DNA from: Pseudomonadota bacterium
GTDB lineage: Bacteria; Pseudomonadota; Gammaproteobacteria; Burkholderiales; SG8-39
Direction: 5' to 3'
NCBI GenBank assembly: GCA_947455195.1
Contig: CANGMI010000003.1
Span: 135,620-199,619, forward strand
Length of the DNA stretch: 64,000 nucleotides
Within the stretch, counting starts at the first letter, position 1; every line of letters starts with the position of its first letter. Of this stretch, positions 10,239 through 19,055 are shown one piece after another. Under the pieces are notes generated by a model that had not been told where the DNA came from, searched no databases, and saw only the letters and a program-made list of their open reading frames with translations. A program made the position numbers and the translations under genes.

Positions 10239-11333
10239 ATGCACGGCGCCCACCACCGATGCCCCCTGGCGCACGATGAGTGCGGCGGGCCGCCGCACAG
10301 TTCGGGTATTGGAAGAGGACTCACAAGGGGACTCACAAGGGGACTGGCCAGAGGCCCGGCAAGAGCAGTTCCGGCAGGCCTCGCTGCGCTCGCCCTGATC
10401 GGCGCCAGCCTCCACTTCGCGACCGCTGCGCGGGCCGAGGCCGACTTTCCCGAAAAGCCCCTGCGCCTCCTCATCGGTTTTCCGGCCGGCAGCACGGCAG
10501 ACATCATTGCGCGCAACTTCACCGGACCACTTGCAACCGCGCTTGGCCAACCGGTGGTCGTTGACAACCGCGCCGGCGCAGGCAGCAGCATCGCGGCCGA
10601 GGTGGTAGCGAAGGCCGCACCCGACGGCCACACGCTGCTGCTCTCCACCATCGCCAACACGATCAATCCGGCCCTCTACAAGCTCTCGTTCGACTTCACG
10701 CGCGACATCACCGGGGTTGCGATGCTGGCCGAGAGCAACGCCCTGCTGATCGCCGCCATGGATGCGCCACGCACCCTGGCAGAGGTCATCGCGACGGCGA
10801 AGGCCAGACCCGATGCGCTGCAGTTCGGCTCATCGGGCAATGGCACCTTCACGCATCTGTACGGCGAACTGCTCAATCTGTCGGCCGGCGTGCAGATCGG
10901 TCACGTCCCCTATCGGGGCAGCACGCAGGTGCTCACCGACATCATGGCCGGGCGGCTCTCGCTCGGGTTCATCACCGCAGCGCCGGTACTGGCGAGCATC
11001 AAGGCCAACCGGGCGCGGGCACTCGCCACGACCGGCACCCGACGCTCGAGCGCCTTGCCCGACGTGCCGACCTTCAGCGAGTCGGGGGTGGCCGGGTTCG
11101 AGGCGGGTTTGTGGTTCGGACTCAACACCACGGCCGGCACACCGCGCGCCACCGTCGAGCGTCTGAACCGCGAGGTGGTGCGCATCATGGGCACGCCTGA
11201 AATGCGCGAGGTGCTTGCGAGGCAGGGCATCGACCCGATGCCCTCGAGCGTACAGGCCTTCGATGCCTTCATCACGCAGGACACCGCCAAGTGGGCTCGG
11301 GTGGTGAAGGCTGCAGGCGTTCGCGCCGACTAG
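10239..11333 (+). CDS. Bug-family (TctC-like) tripartite tricarboxylate transporter substrate-binding protein
   Basis: ATG at 10239 lies 1 nt after the upstream stop. The hallmark string FPEKPLRLLIGFPAGSTADIIAR is present. The N-terminal start is uncertain. Confidence 0.85.
   Translation: MHGAHHRCPLAHDECGGPPHSSGIGRGLTRGLTRGLARGPARAVPAGLAALALIGASLHFATAARAEADFPEKPLRLLIGFPAGSTADIIARNFTGPLATALGQPVVVDNRAGAGSSIAAEVVAKAAPDGHTLLLSTIANTINPALYKLSFDFTRDITGVAMLAESNALLIAAMDAPRTLAEVIATAKARPDALQFGSSGNGTFTHLYGELLNLSAGVQIGHVPYRGSTQVLTDIMAGRLSLGFITAAPVLASIKANRARALATTGTRRSSALPDVPTFSESGVAGFEAGLWFGLNTTAGTPRATVERLNREVVRIMGTPEMREVLARQGIDPMPSSVQAFDAFITQDTAKWARVVKAAGVRAD
10317..10352. repeat. 12-bp in-frame tandem repeat (GGACTCACAAGG x2 plus one degenerate unit)
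   Basis: Encodes GLTRGLTRGLAR in the n-region ahead of the hydrophobic signal core of the Bug protein. Confidence 0.85.
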
Positions 11334-11404
11334 GCAGCACGCCCACCGGCCGGGCCCCGTGATCCGGCTTGCGCCAGGGTCGCGGAGACGGCCGGTCCGG
11401 CGGC

Positions 11405-12133
11405 CTACTTGCGGCGAATCTCGGCCGACGAGTTGATCGTGGCATGCAGATTGCGCGCGTACTCGATGGCGCCGGGGGTGGACATGTCGGGTGCCGAGCG
11501 GATGTACTCCTTGGCACTGCGCAGCGCGATGGGCGGTGCCTTGAGCATTGCCTTGCACAGCGTGTCGAGCGCGTCCTCCAGACCCGCCAGCGGTACCACG
11601 TCGCTGGCCAGGCCGAGTTCGAGCGCACGCGCAGCGTTGATCATGGCGGTCGAGTAGACCAGGTAGGCAATGGCCTTGCGCGGCAGGCGATCGACGAGCG
11701 CCGACATGACCATGGTCGGCATGATGTTGTGGGCCATCTCGGGCACCTGGAACTGTGCGGCGTCGGACGCGAGCGTGATGTCGGCCGCGGCAGCCACGGC
11801 ACAGCCGAAGCCGAGTGCTCGCCCCTGCACGACGCTGATGACCGGTACCGAGACATTGCGAATCGCGCCGTAACAGTCGAACACCACGTCGGAGAACTTG
11901 CGGCGCTCGAACGCTTCGGGCTCGACCGCCGGTTGGGGCTGCGGTACGCGCCCGACGCAGAAGTCGGCGCCGGCTCCGCGGAGAATCACGATTTCGGCGT
12001 GCGAGGAAGCCCCGGCGATGAGACGCGTGAATTCCACGACCATGGCATCGGTGACGGCATTGCCGCGCTCGGCATGGTTGAGGGTGATGGTGAAGACCGC
12101 GCCATTCTGCGAGGTGATGATATCTTCGGACAT
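11405..12133 (-). CDS. enoyl-CoA hydratase/isomerase family protein
   Basis: 242 aa with crotonase-like strings, including RGAGADFCVGR. Confidence 0.8.
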   Translation of the reverse strand: MSEDIITSQNGAVFTITLNHAERGNAVTDAMVVEFTRLIAGASSHAEIVILRGAGADFCVGRVPQPQPAVEPEAFERRKFSDVVFDCYGAIRNVSVPVISVVQGRALGFGCAVAAAADITLASDAAQFQVPEMAHNIMPTMVMSALVDRLPRKAIAYLVYSTAMINAARALELGLASDVVPLAGLEDALDTLCKAMLKAPPIALRSAKEYIRSAPDMSTPGAIEYARNLHATINSSAEIRRK

Positions 12134-12215
12134 GCTGTCTCCCGTGCGGGCTGGATGAGCGCCGGACTATGCCGCGCTTCGCGTGGCGACGCAACGCTCA
12201 AGGGAGCGATTGGCC

Positions 12216-13439
12216 ATGACAAACCCTCTGCCCCACTCGACGCCGCTGCCGCGCTCGACCACGCTGCTCCTCAACCTCGCGCACGCCCTCGATCACATGT
12301 TCGTGCTGATCTTTGCGGCAGCCATCGCGCCGATTGCCACCGAGTTCGGCATCGCGCACTGGGAAGACCTGATGCCGTTCGGAGTCGGGGCGTTCGTCAT
12401 GTTCGGACTCGGCTCGATTCCGGCCGGGCGCCTCGGTGATCTCTGGGGCCGGCGCAACATGATGATCGTGTTCTTCACCGGCATCGGTGCCAGCGCCATC
12501 CTGGCCAGCTTCGCCCGTACACCGATCGAACTCGCCATCGCGCTCACCATTCTCGGCACCTTCGCCTCGATCTATCACCCGGTGGGCATTCCGATGATCG
12601 TTCAGGGCGTACGAAATCAGGGCGCAACCATCGGGCTCAATGGCTTTTCCGGCAACCTCGGCGTGGCCCTGGCCGCTCTCGTCACCGGGCTCATCGTCCA
12701 ATGGGCCGGGTGGCGCGCCGGCTTCTGGCTACCGGGCCTCTTCGCCATCGGCTGCGGTGTCGTGTTTGCCCTCACCGCCCCCCCGGAACGCGAGTCACCG
12801 GCGCGGCGCAACGTGCCCAACCCGCACAGCCTGCCCGATCACCTGCTGCTGCGCGTCCTGGCCGTCATCACCGCCACCGGCATGAGCGGCAACCTGCTCT
12901 TCCAGTTCACCACCAACGGCAACGCTCGCCTGCTCACCGAGCGCTTCGAGGGCATCCTGGCCGATCCGGCCGTGGTAGGCATGCTGCTCGCCGCCATCTA
13001 CGCAGCGGCTTCGGTCGCGCAGGTGCTGGTCGGTCGTCTCATCGACCGGGTACCGGTGCGTACGCTCTACCGCGCCATCGTGATCTGCCAGATTCCCTTT
13101 CTCGTGGCGGCCGCACACGCGCAGGGGTGGGTGTTCTTCGTGCTGCAGCTGGGGATCATGGTGTGCATCTTCGGTGCCATCCCCTTCACCGACGCCATCA
13201 TGGTGCGTCATGTCGACGACAAGATGCGCTCGAGGGTCGCCGGCATGCGCACCGCCATCACCTTTGGCAGCAGCGCGCTGGCCGTCTGGGTTCTCGGGCC
13301 GATCGTGAAGTCGACCGGCTTCGATACCCTGCTCTACCTCATGGGCGGCATCGCGGTCTGCACCGCGTGCCTGGTGTCACTGCTGCCCAAGGACGAAGTG
13401 CTGGCGGCCGCTCAGGGGCAGGCGGGCGCGAGCACCTGA
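12216..13439 (+). CDS. MFS transporter
   Basis: About 12 hydrophobic helices. The loop 2-3 motif is GRLGDLWGRR. I chose the start at MTNPLPH. Confidence 0.8.
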   Translation: MTNPLPHSTPLPRSTTLLLNLAHALDHMFVLIFAAAIAPIATEFGIAHWEDLMPFGVGAFVMFGLGSIPAGRLGDLWGRRNMMIVFFTGIGASAILASFARTPIELAIALTILGTFASIYHPVGIPMIVQGVRNQGATIGLNGFSGNLGVALAALVTGLIVQWAGWRAGFWLPGLFAIGCGVVFALTAPPERESPARRNVPNPHSLPDHLLLRVLAVITATGMSGNLLFQFTTNGNARLLTERFEGILADPAVVGMLLAAIYAAASVAQVLVGRLIDRVPVRTLYRAIVICQIPFLVAAAHAQGWVFFVLQLGIMVCIFGAIPFTDAIMVRHVDDKMRSRVAGMRTAITFGSSALAVWVLGPIVKSTGFDTLLYLMGGIAVCTACLVSLLPKDEVLAAAQGQAGAST

Positions 13440-13452
13440 CGCTAGCGGACAG

Positions 13453-14235
13453 TCAGACCCCGCGGAAAACCGGCTTGCGCTTTTCCATGAAGGCCTTGCG
13501 ACCCTCCTTGTAGTCTTCGCTGTTGAAGCAGCGGTCGAACATGACCTGATAGGCATCCAGATCGCGCTCGCTCTCGGGCTTGCACGCCATGTCGATGGCA
13601 GCAAGCGCGGCCTCGACGGTGAGCGGTGCATTGTCACCGATGGCCCCGAGCAGTTCGGCGCAGGCAGCGTCGAGTTCAGCCACGGGCACCGTCCGGTTCA
13701 CCAGGTGCATGTGTGCCGCCTCCGCCGCGCTGTAACGACGTGCGGTGGCGAAGATCTCGGCGGCGTAGGCCGGACCGACCAGATCGACCAGGCGCTTCAG
13801 GCCGGCGTACGGGTAACCCAGACCCAGGCGGGCCGCCGGGACGCAGAAGCGCGCATCGTCAGCGGCAACCCGCATGTCACATGAAAGGGCCAGCCCGAGG
13901 CCGCCGCCAAAGCAGATGCCGCGAATGCGCGCGATGGTGGGCAGTCGGGCTGCCACCAGGGCGGCACCGGCAGCCTGTGAGGCCCGATTGTATTCGGCAG
14001 CCGCATCGGCCGAGCCGCGCTTGGCCTCGAATTCGCTGATGTCGGCCCCCGACACGAAGGCCTTCTCGCCATCGCCCGTGAGGCAGATCGAACGCAGGTC
14101 CGGGTCGGCGTCGAAGTCGGCCAGCGCCTCGGGCAAGGCACGCCACATGTCGTAGGTGACCGCGTTGTACTTGTCGAGGTTGGAAAAGATGATCCAGCCG
14201 GTCGTACCTTCACGTCGGGTCTTGAGTTCAGCCAT
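13453..14235 (-). CDS. enoyl-CoA hydratase/isomerase family protein
   Basis: I chose the start at MAELKTRREG, 10 nt after the upstream stop and preceded by GGAGCAGG. Crotonase strings FVSGADI and ICFGGGLGLA are present. Confidence 0.85.
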   Translation of the reverse strand: MAELKTRREGTTGWIIFSNLDKYNAVTYDMWRALPEALADFDADPDLRSICLTGDGEKAFVSGADISEFEAKRGSADAAAEYNRASQAAGAALVAARLPTIARIRGICFGGGLGLALSCDMRVAADDARFCVPAARLGLGYPYAGLKRLVDLVGPAYAAEIFATARRYSAAEAAHMHLVNRTVPVAELDAACAELLGAIGDNAPLTVEAALAAIDMACKPESERDLDAYQVMFDRCFNSEDYKEGRKAFMEKRKPVFRGV

Positions 14236-14245
14236 CACCTGCTCC

Positions 14246-15439
14246 TTAGACGATGCGCTTGGCGCGCAGGGTTTCGATCTGTTCATCGTTCAGGCCGAGA
14301 TCGCGCAGGACCTCGGCGGTGTGCTCGCCCTGTTCGGGCGTGGCGCTGGCCATCGAGGCCGGCGTACGCGACAGACCCACCGCCTGGTTGACGATGCGGA
14401 TGTCGCCAAGCACCGGGTGATGCACGGTGGCAGCCGCGCCGATGTGCTGCACCTGCGGATCGGCGAACACCTGATCCATGGTGTAGATCGGACCGCTGGG
14501 CACGCCGGCCTCGTTGAGGCTGGCAACCCACTCGGCCGATGTCCGCGTGGAGGTGGTGCGATTGATTTCCTCATTCAGCACCTTGCGGTTCTTCGCCCGC
14601 AGCGGTTCGGTCTTGAAATCTTCGCGCTCGAGGAGATCAGGCCGATCGAGCGCCTTGCACAGGCGAATCCACATGCCACCGCCCGAAGCCCCGATGTTGA
14701 AGTAGCCGTCGCTGCTCTTGTAGGCCGAGGTGGGCATGCTGGTGGGGTGATCATTGCCCACTTGCGGGGGCACCTCGCCTTTCATGAGGAAGCGGGCTGC
14801 CTGGAAGTCCATGAGCGCAATCTGCGACATGAGGAGCGAGCTTTGCACCCACTGGCCTTCGCCCGACACCTCGCGCTCGAGCAGCGCCGTCATGATGCCG
14901 ATGGCGGCGAAGTAGCCCGAGGTGAGGTCGGCAATGGCAGTACCGGCCCGCACCGGACCTTCGCCCGGAAATCCGGTGGTCGCCATGAAGCCGCCCATGC
15001 CCTGGGCGATCTGGTCAAAGCCCGGGCGACTGGCATAAGGCCCGTCCTGGCCAAAGCCCGAAATGCTCGCGAGAATGATGCGCGGATTCACTTTCTTCAG
15101 CGACTCGTAGTCGATGCCCAGGCGAAACTTCACGTCGGCGCGGTAGTTTTCGACCACGACATCGGCGCTCTCGACCAGCCGCATGAAAAGTGCCTTGCCC
15201 TCGGCCTCCTTGAGGTTGAGGGTGATCGATCGCTTGTTGCGATGCAGATTCTGGAAGTCGGGGCCGTGACGTGGTCCGCCCATGTTCTCGTTCGGGTCGA
15301 CTCCGGGCGGCGACTCGATCTTGATGACGTCGGCACCAAAGTCGGCAAACTGCTTCACGCAGGTGGGACCGGCGCGCACGCGGGTGAGGTCGAGAATGCG
15401 AAAGCGCGACAGCGCGCTCGAGGCGGGCAGATGGGGCAT
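14246..15439 (-). CDS. CaiB/BaiF family (class III) CoA transferase
   Basis: 397 aa. N-terminal string ALSRFRILDLTRVRAGPTCVKQFADFGADVIKIE. Confidence 0.9.
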   Translation of the reverse strand: MPHLPASSALSRFRILDLTRVRAGPTCVKQFADFGADVIKIESPPGVDPNENMGGPRHGPDFQNLHRNKRSITLNLKEAEGKALFMRLVESADVVVENYRADVKFRLGIDYESLKKVNPRIILASISGFGQDGPYASRPGFDQIAQGMGGFMATTGFPGEGPVRAGTAIADLTSGYFAAIGIMTALLEREVSGEGQWVQSSLLMSQIALMDFQAARFLMKGEVPPQVGNDHPTSMPTSAYKSSDGYFNIGASGGGMWIRLCKALDRPDLLEREDFKTEPLRAKNRKVLNEEINRTTSTRTSAEWVASLNEAGVPSGPIYTMDQVFADPQVQHIGAAATVHHPVLGDIRIVNQAVGLSRTPASMASATPEQGEHTAEVLRDLGLNDEQIETLRAKRIV

Positions 15440-15521
15440 GGCAGGCTCTGATGGCGAGGAGAGGGCGCGACCGACGGACGCAGGCAGGACAGGCCCACCG
15501 GGGTCGGCCGGCAGGGCGTCC

Positions 15522-15527
15522 TATAAT
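15522..15527 (+). promoter_or_regulatory. perfect TATAAT hexamer (candidate -10) in the divergent intergenic region
   Basis: An exact TATAAT in otherwise GC-rich DNA, about 200 nt upstream of the ACAD start. I found no convincing -35 element. Confidence 0.25.
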
Positions 15528-15728
15528 ACCCGTGAGGCGTTTGTGGCGCCGAGGCGACATGCCTGCCTCATGGCTGCGGGCTTGCCTGAACGGCAGCAGC
15601 CGCGTCGACCCGGCGCAGCCCGGGCCAGCCATGAACCAGCGGTTGCGGTCTGCCGCAGCCCGTGATGACCCTTTCGAAACCCTGTGCCGCCCGCAGCCAC
15701 GGGCCGGACTACCCGAGATACCGCCGCC

Positions 15729-16916
15729 ATGACCGACCATCACCACGCGCACGATCACGACCATGACGATGAGGACCTCGCCGAAATCCGCGAGGGTGTG
15801 GCGCGTCTGTGTGCCACTTTCCCGATGGAGTACTGGCGCGATACCGACCGTGAACGACGCTACCCGACCGAATTCGTGCGAGCCCTCACCGAAGCCGGTT
15901 ACCTCTCGGCACTGATTCCCGAAGAATTCGGTGGCAGCGGCCTGGGGTTGCGTGCCGCGGCAGCCATTCTCGAGGAGGTGCAGCGGTCGGGGGCCAATGG
16001 CGCTGCCTGTCACGCACAGATGTACACCATGGGCACCGTGCTGCGGCATGGCAGCCCTGCCCAGAAGTCGCAATACCTGCCGGGCATTGCCTCGGGGGAA
16101 CTGCGGCTGCAGGCCTTCGGCGTCACCGAGCCCACGGCGGGTACCGACACGACCTCGATCCGCACCACCGCCGTGCGCGACGGCGATCATTTCGTGGTCA
16201 ACGGCCAGAAGGTCTGGACCTCGCGTGCCGAGCACTCCGACCTGATGCTCCTGCTTGCTCGCACCACGCCGCGTGATCAGGTGGCCAAGCGTACCGAGGG
16301 CCTGTCGGTCTTCGTGGTCGACATGCGCAAGGCCGTGGGCAACGGGCTCACCATCCGCCCGATCCGCACCATGATCAACCATGCCACCACCGAGGTGTTC
16401 TTCGACAACCTGCGGGTACCCGCGGAAAATCTTCTTGGCACCGAGGGCAAGGGCTTTCGCTACATTCTCGATGGCATGAATGCCGAGCGCATCCTGATCG
16501 CGGCCGAGTGCATCGGCGATGCCAAGTGGTTCATCGAGAAGGCCCGCAACTACGCCAACGAGCGCAAGGTGTTCGGGCGCCCGATCGGCCAGAACCAGGG
16601 GGTACAGTTCCCGATCGCCAAGGCCTACATGGCGATGCGCGCGGCCGAACTCATGGTGGAAAAGGCCGCCACCCTCTACGAGCGAGGCGAGCCCTGCGGC
16701 CCCGAGGCCAACATGGCCAAGCAGCTCGCGGCCGAGGCGTCCTGGCAGGCCGGCGACATGTGCCTGCAGACCCACGGAGGCTTCGGCTTTGCCGAGGAGT
16801 ACGATGTCGAGCGAAAATTCCGCGAGACCCGGCTGTACCAGATCGCACCGATCTCGACCAATCTCGTACTGTCGTATCTGGCCGAGCATGTGCTCGACCT
16901 GCCGCGCTCCTACTGA
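15729..16916 (+). CDS. acyl-CoA dehydrogenase family protein
   Basis: Start at MTDHHHAHDHDHDDEDLAEIREGV. Typical ACAD strings follow, including GVTEPTAGTD, LNGQKVW-like and ERKFRETRLYQIAPISTN. Confidence 0.9.
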   Translation: MTDHHHAHDHDHDDEDLAEIREGVARLCATFPMEYWRDTDRERRYPTEFVRALTEAGYLSALIPEEFGGSGLGLRAAAAILEEVQRSGANGAACHAQMYTMGTVLRHGSPAQKSQYLPGIASGELRLQAFGVTEPTAGTDTTSIRTTAVRDGDHFVVNGQKVWTSRAEHSDLMLLLARTTPRDQVAKRTEGLSVFVVDMRKAVGNGLTIRPIRTMINHATTEVFFDNLRVPAENLLGTEGKGFRYILDGMNAERILIAAECIGDAKWFIEKARNYANERKVFGRPIGQNQGVQFPIAKAYMAMRAAELMVEKAATLYERGEPCGPEANMAKQLAAEASWQAGDMCLQTHGGFGFAEEYDVERKFRETRLYQIAPISTNLVLSYLAEHVLDLPRSY

Positions 16917-16942
16917 CCTGCGAACCGAACGGAGAACTCCCG

Positions 16943-17833
16943 ATGCCCTACGCAACCACCGACGACGGCGTGCGCCTGTACTACGAAGAGGCCGGCAGCG
17001 GCATCCCGATCATCTTCGTGCACGAGTTTGCCGGTGACCACCGCAGCTGGGAGCCGCAGATGCGGCACTTCTCGCGTACCCACCGCTGCATCACCTACAG
17101 CGCGCGCGGCTACCTGCCCTCCGATGTGCCCGAGTCGCCCGACCAGTACTCGCAGGCCCGTGCGCGCGACGATATCCGCGACGTGCTCGCGCACCTGAAA
17201 ATCGAGCGCGCGCACGTGGTGGGGCTGTCGATGGGTGGATTTGCCACGCTGCACTTCGGCATGCACTACCCGCAGATCGCCCGCTCGATTCTGGTCGGTG
17301 GCTGCGGCTACGGCGCCGCCCCGTCAGCCCGCGAGCAGTTCAAGGCCGAGGCGGCCGCCACGGCTGCCAAGATCGAGGAAGACACCATGGCCGTGGTGGC
17401 CAAGGCCTACTCGCTGGGTCCGACCCGGGTGCAGTTCCAGAACAAGGACCCCCGCGGCTGGCAGGAGTTTGCCACGCAACTGGGCGAGCACTCGACCCGG
17501 GGTTCGGCCCTCACCATGCTGGGCGTGCAAAGCCGCCGCCCGTCGCTGTGGGACCTGCAGGAAGACATGAAGACGATCAGCGTACCCACGCTGATCCTCA
17601 ATGGCGACGAGGACGACCCGTGCCTCGAGCCCGCGCTTCTCATGAAGCGTCTCATTCCGACCGCGGGTCTGTCGATCATTCCGCGTTCGGGTCACACGAT
17701 CAACATCGAGGAGCCTGACGAGTTCAACCGTATCGTGGGGCAGTTCATCAGCACGGTCGATGCCGGCCGCTGGTCGCCGCGCGATCCGCGCTCGATCTCG
17801 GGTGGCATCCTCGGCATGAGCGACAAGAAGTAG
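16943..17833 (+). CDS. alpha/beta-fold hydrolase
   Basis: ATG at 16943 is preceded by GGAGAA. Strings DDGVRLYYEEAGSGIPIIFVHEF and the nucleophile elbow GLSMGG are present. Confidence 0.85.
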   Translation: MPYATTDDGVRLYYEEAGSGIPIIFVHEFAGDHRSWEPQMRHFSRTHRCITYSARGYLPSDVPESPDQYSQARARDDIRDVLAHLKIERAHVVGLSMGGFATLHFGMHYPQIARSILVGGCGYGAAPSAREQFKAEAAATAAKIEEDTMAVVAKAYSLGPTRVQFQNKDPRGWQEFATQLGEHSTRGSALTMLGVQSRRPSLWDLQEDMKTISVPTLILNGDEDDPCLEPALLMKRLIPTAGLSIIPRSGHTINIEEPDEFNRIVGQFISTVDAGRWSPRDPRSISGGILGMSDKK

Positions 17834-17857
17834 CCTCCAGCAGAGCAGGACTCGACC

Positions 17858-18640
17858 ATGACCATCCAGGTACGCCCTCCCATCATCGGCTTTCACACCG
17901 ACGAACTCGCCCCGAGGGCGAAGATCGGCGTGATCGTGCCCGCCACCAACTCGATCGTGCAACCCGAGATGGACGCGATGCGCCCGGCCGGGGTCACCAA
18001 CCATGTGTCGCGGATGTTCCTGCCGCCGCGGCCCTATGGCGACATGGACGAGTACCGGCGTCTGCTCGAGACCGAGGAGGGCGAGTTCGATGCGGCCTTG
18101 AAACTCGTGTTGTTGTGCGAGCCGGCCGTGATTGCCGAAGGACACTCGATTCACTCGTTTCGGGGTGACGTGGCACGTGGCCGGGCACAGAAGGCCGAGT
18201 TCGAGGCGCAGGCCGGGGTGCCGTTCTGGACGCCCTCGACGGCCGTGCTCGAAGGGCTCGAAGCCATCGGTTCCCCGAAGAAGATCGCCGTCCTCTCGCC
18301 TTACTGGCCACCGGCTGACGACATGATTGCCAATTTCATGCGCTCGGCCGGCTATGACGTGGTGGGTTCGGGTGGCCTGCGCGCGATGGGTGCGACCAAT
18401 GTGGCGCGTATTCCGGCCGCACGCATCCTCGAAGGATTCCGCATGGTCGACCGGCCTGACGCCGAGGCGCTGGTGCAGGTGGGTACAGCCCTGCCGATGT
18501 CGGGGCTTACCGAGCAGATCGAGCGCGAGCACGGCAAGCCGGTCATCGGCGTGAACGTGGCGACCTACTGGGCTGCGCTGCGCTCCATTGGCATCAACGA
18601 CCGGATGACAGGGTTCGGACGCCTGATGGCCGAGTGCTGA
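17858..18640 (+). CDS. Asp/Glu/hydantoin-racemase superfamily protein (maleate isomerase / arylmalonate decarboxylase-like)
   Basis: 260 aa. It carries IGVIVPATNSIVQPEM and GKPVIGVNVATYWAAL, as in maleate isomerase-type proteins. Confidence 0.7.
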   Translation: MTIQVRPPIIGFHTDELAPRAKIGVIVPATNSIVQPEMDAMRPAGVTNHVSRMFLPPRPYGDMDEYRRLLETEEGEFDAALKLVLLCEPAVIAEGHSIHSFRGDVARGRAQKAEFEAQAGVPFWTPSTAVLEGLEAIGSPKKIAVLSPYWPPADDMIANFMRSAGYDVVGSGGLRAMGATNVARIPAARILEGFRMVDRPDAEALVQVGTALPMSGLTEQIEREHGKPVIGVNVATYWAALRSIGINDRMTGFGRLMAEC

Positions 18641-18653
18641 GCGAGCGCCGCTG

Positions 18654-18986
18654 ATGCTCGCCTGGCTCCTGCTGGTCGCAAGCGGCACCTGCGGTGCCAT
18701 CGCGAGCGTGCTGCTCAAGGTGGCACGCCCGATCAATGACTCGATCAGCGAGAGCCTGCCCGGCATCCTCACCTATGGTGCAGCGGTGGTGGTGTACGGA
18801 CTGGGGTTCGTGATGTATGCCATCGCCCTGAAGCGACTGCCGCTCACGCTTGCCTACCCGGTGATGATCGCCACCACCATGATCGAGGTCTGGGCCTGGG
18901 GTCTGTACTCGGGCGAACCCCTGCTCCTGCGCGGCGTGCTGGGGGCCGGGCTCATCGTGGTCGGCGCCTGGCTCATCGTGCGCTGA
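18654..18986 (+). CDS. small 4-TM membrane protein, SMR/EamA-like (ArnE-type fold)
   Basis: 110 aa with four hydrophobic segments. It starts 13 nt after the previous gene. Confidence 0.6.
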   Translation: MLAWLLLVASGTCGAIASVLLKVARPINDSISESLPGILTYGAAVVVYGLGFVMYAIALKRLPLTLAYPVMIATTMIEVWAWGLYSGEPLLLRGVLGAGLIVVGAWLIVR

Positions 18987-19055
18987 AGCGCCCCCGGCAC
19001 GCCCACGCGACGCAACACCCTTCCAAAACCTTTCTTCCACTGACGGTGACCCATC

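Noticed and set aside
15015-16955. Very long ORFs antisense to well-supported genes. Examples are the 646-aa ORF here and others at 3532-4683(-), 17324-18772(-), 18594-19673(-), 21919-23523(+), 42440-44404(+), 51944-53740(-) and 59435-60385(-).
   Set aside because: Their translations are Arg/Gly/Pro/Ala/His-rich low complexity with no recognisable domains. Each one fully shadows a gene with a clear family signature on the other strand. Stop-poor shadow frames are expected in GC-rich DNA.
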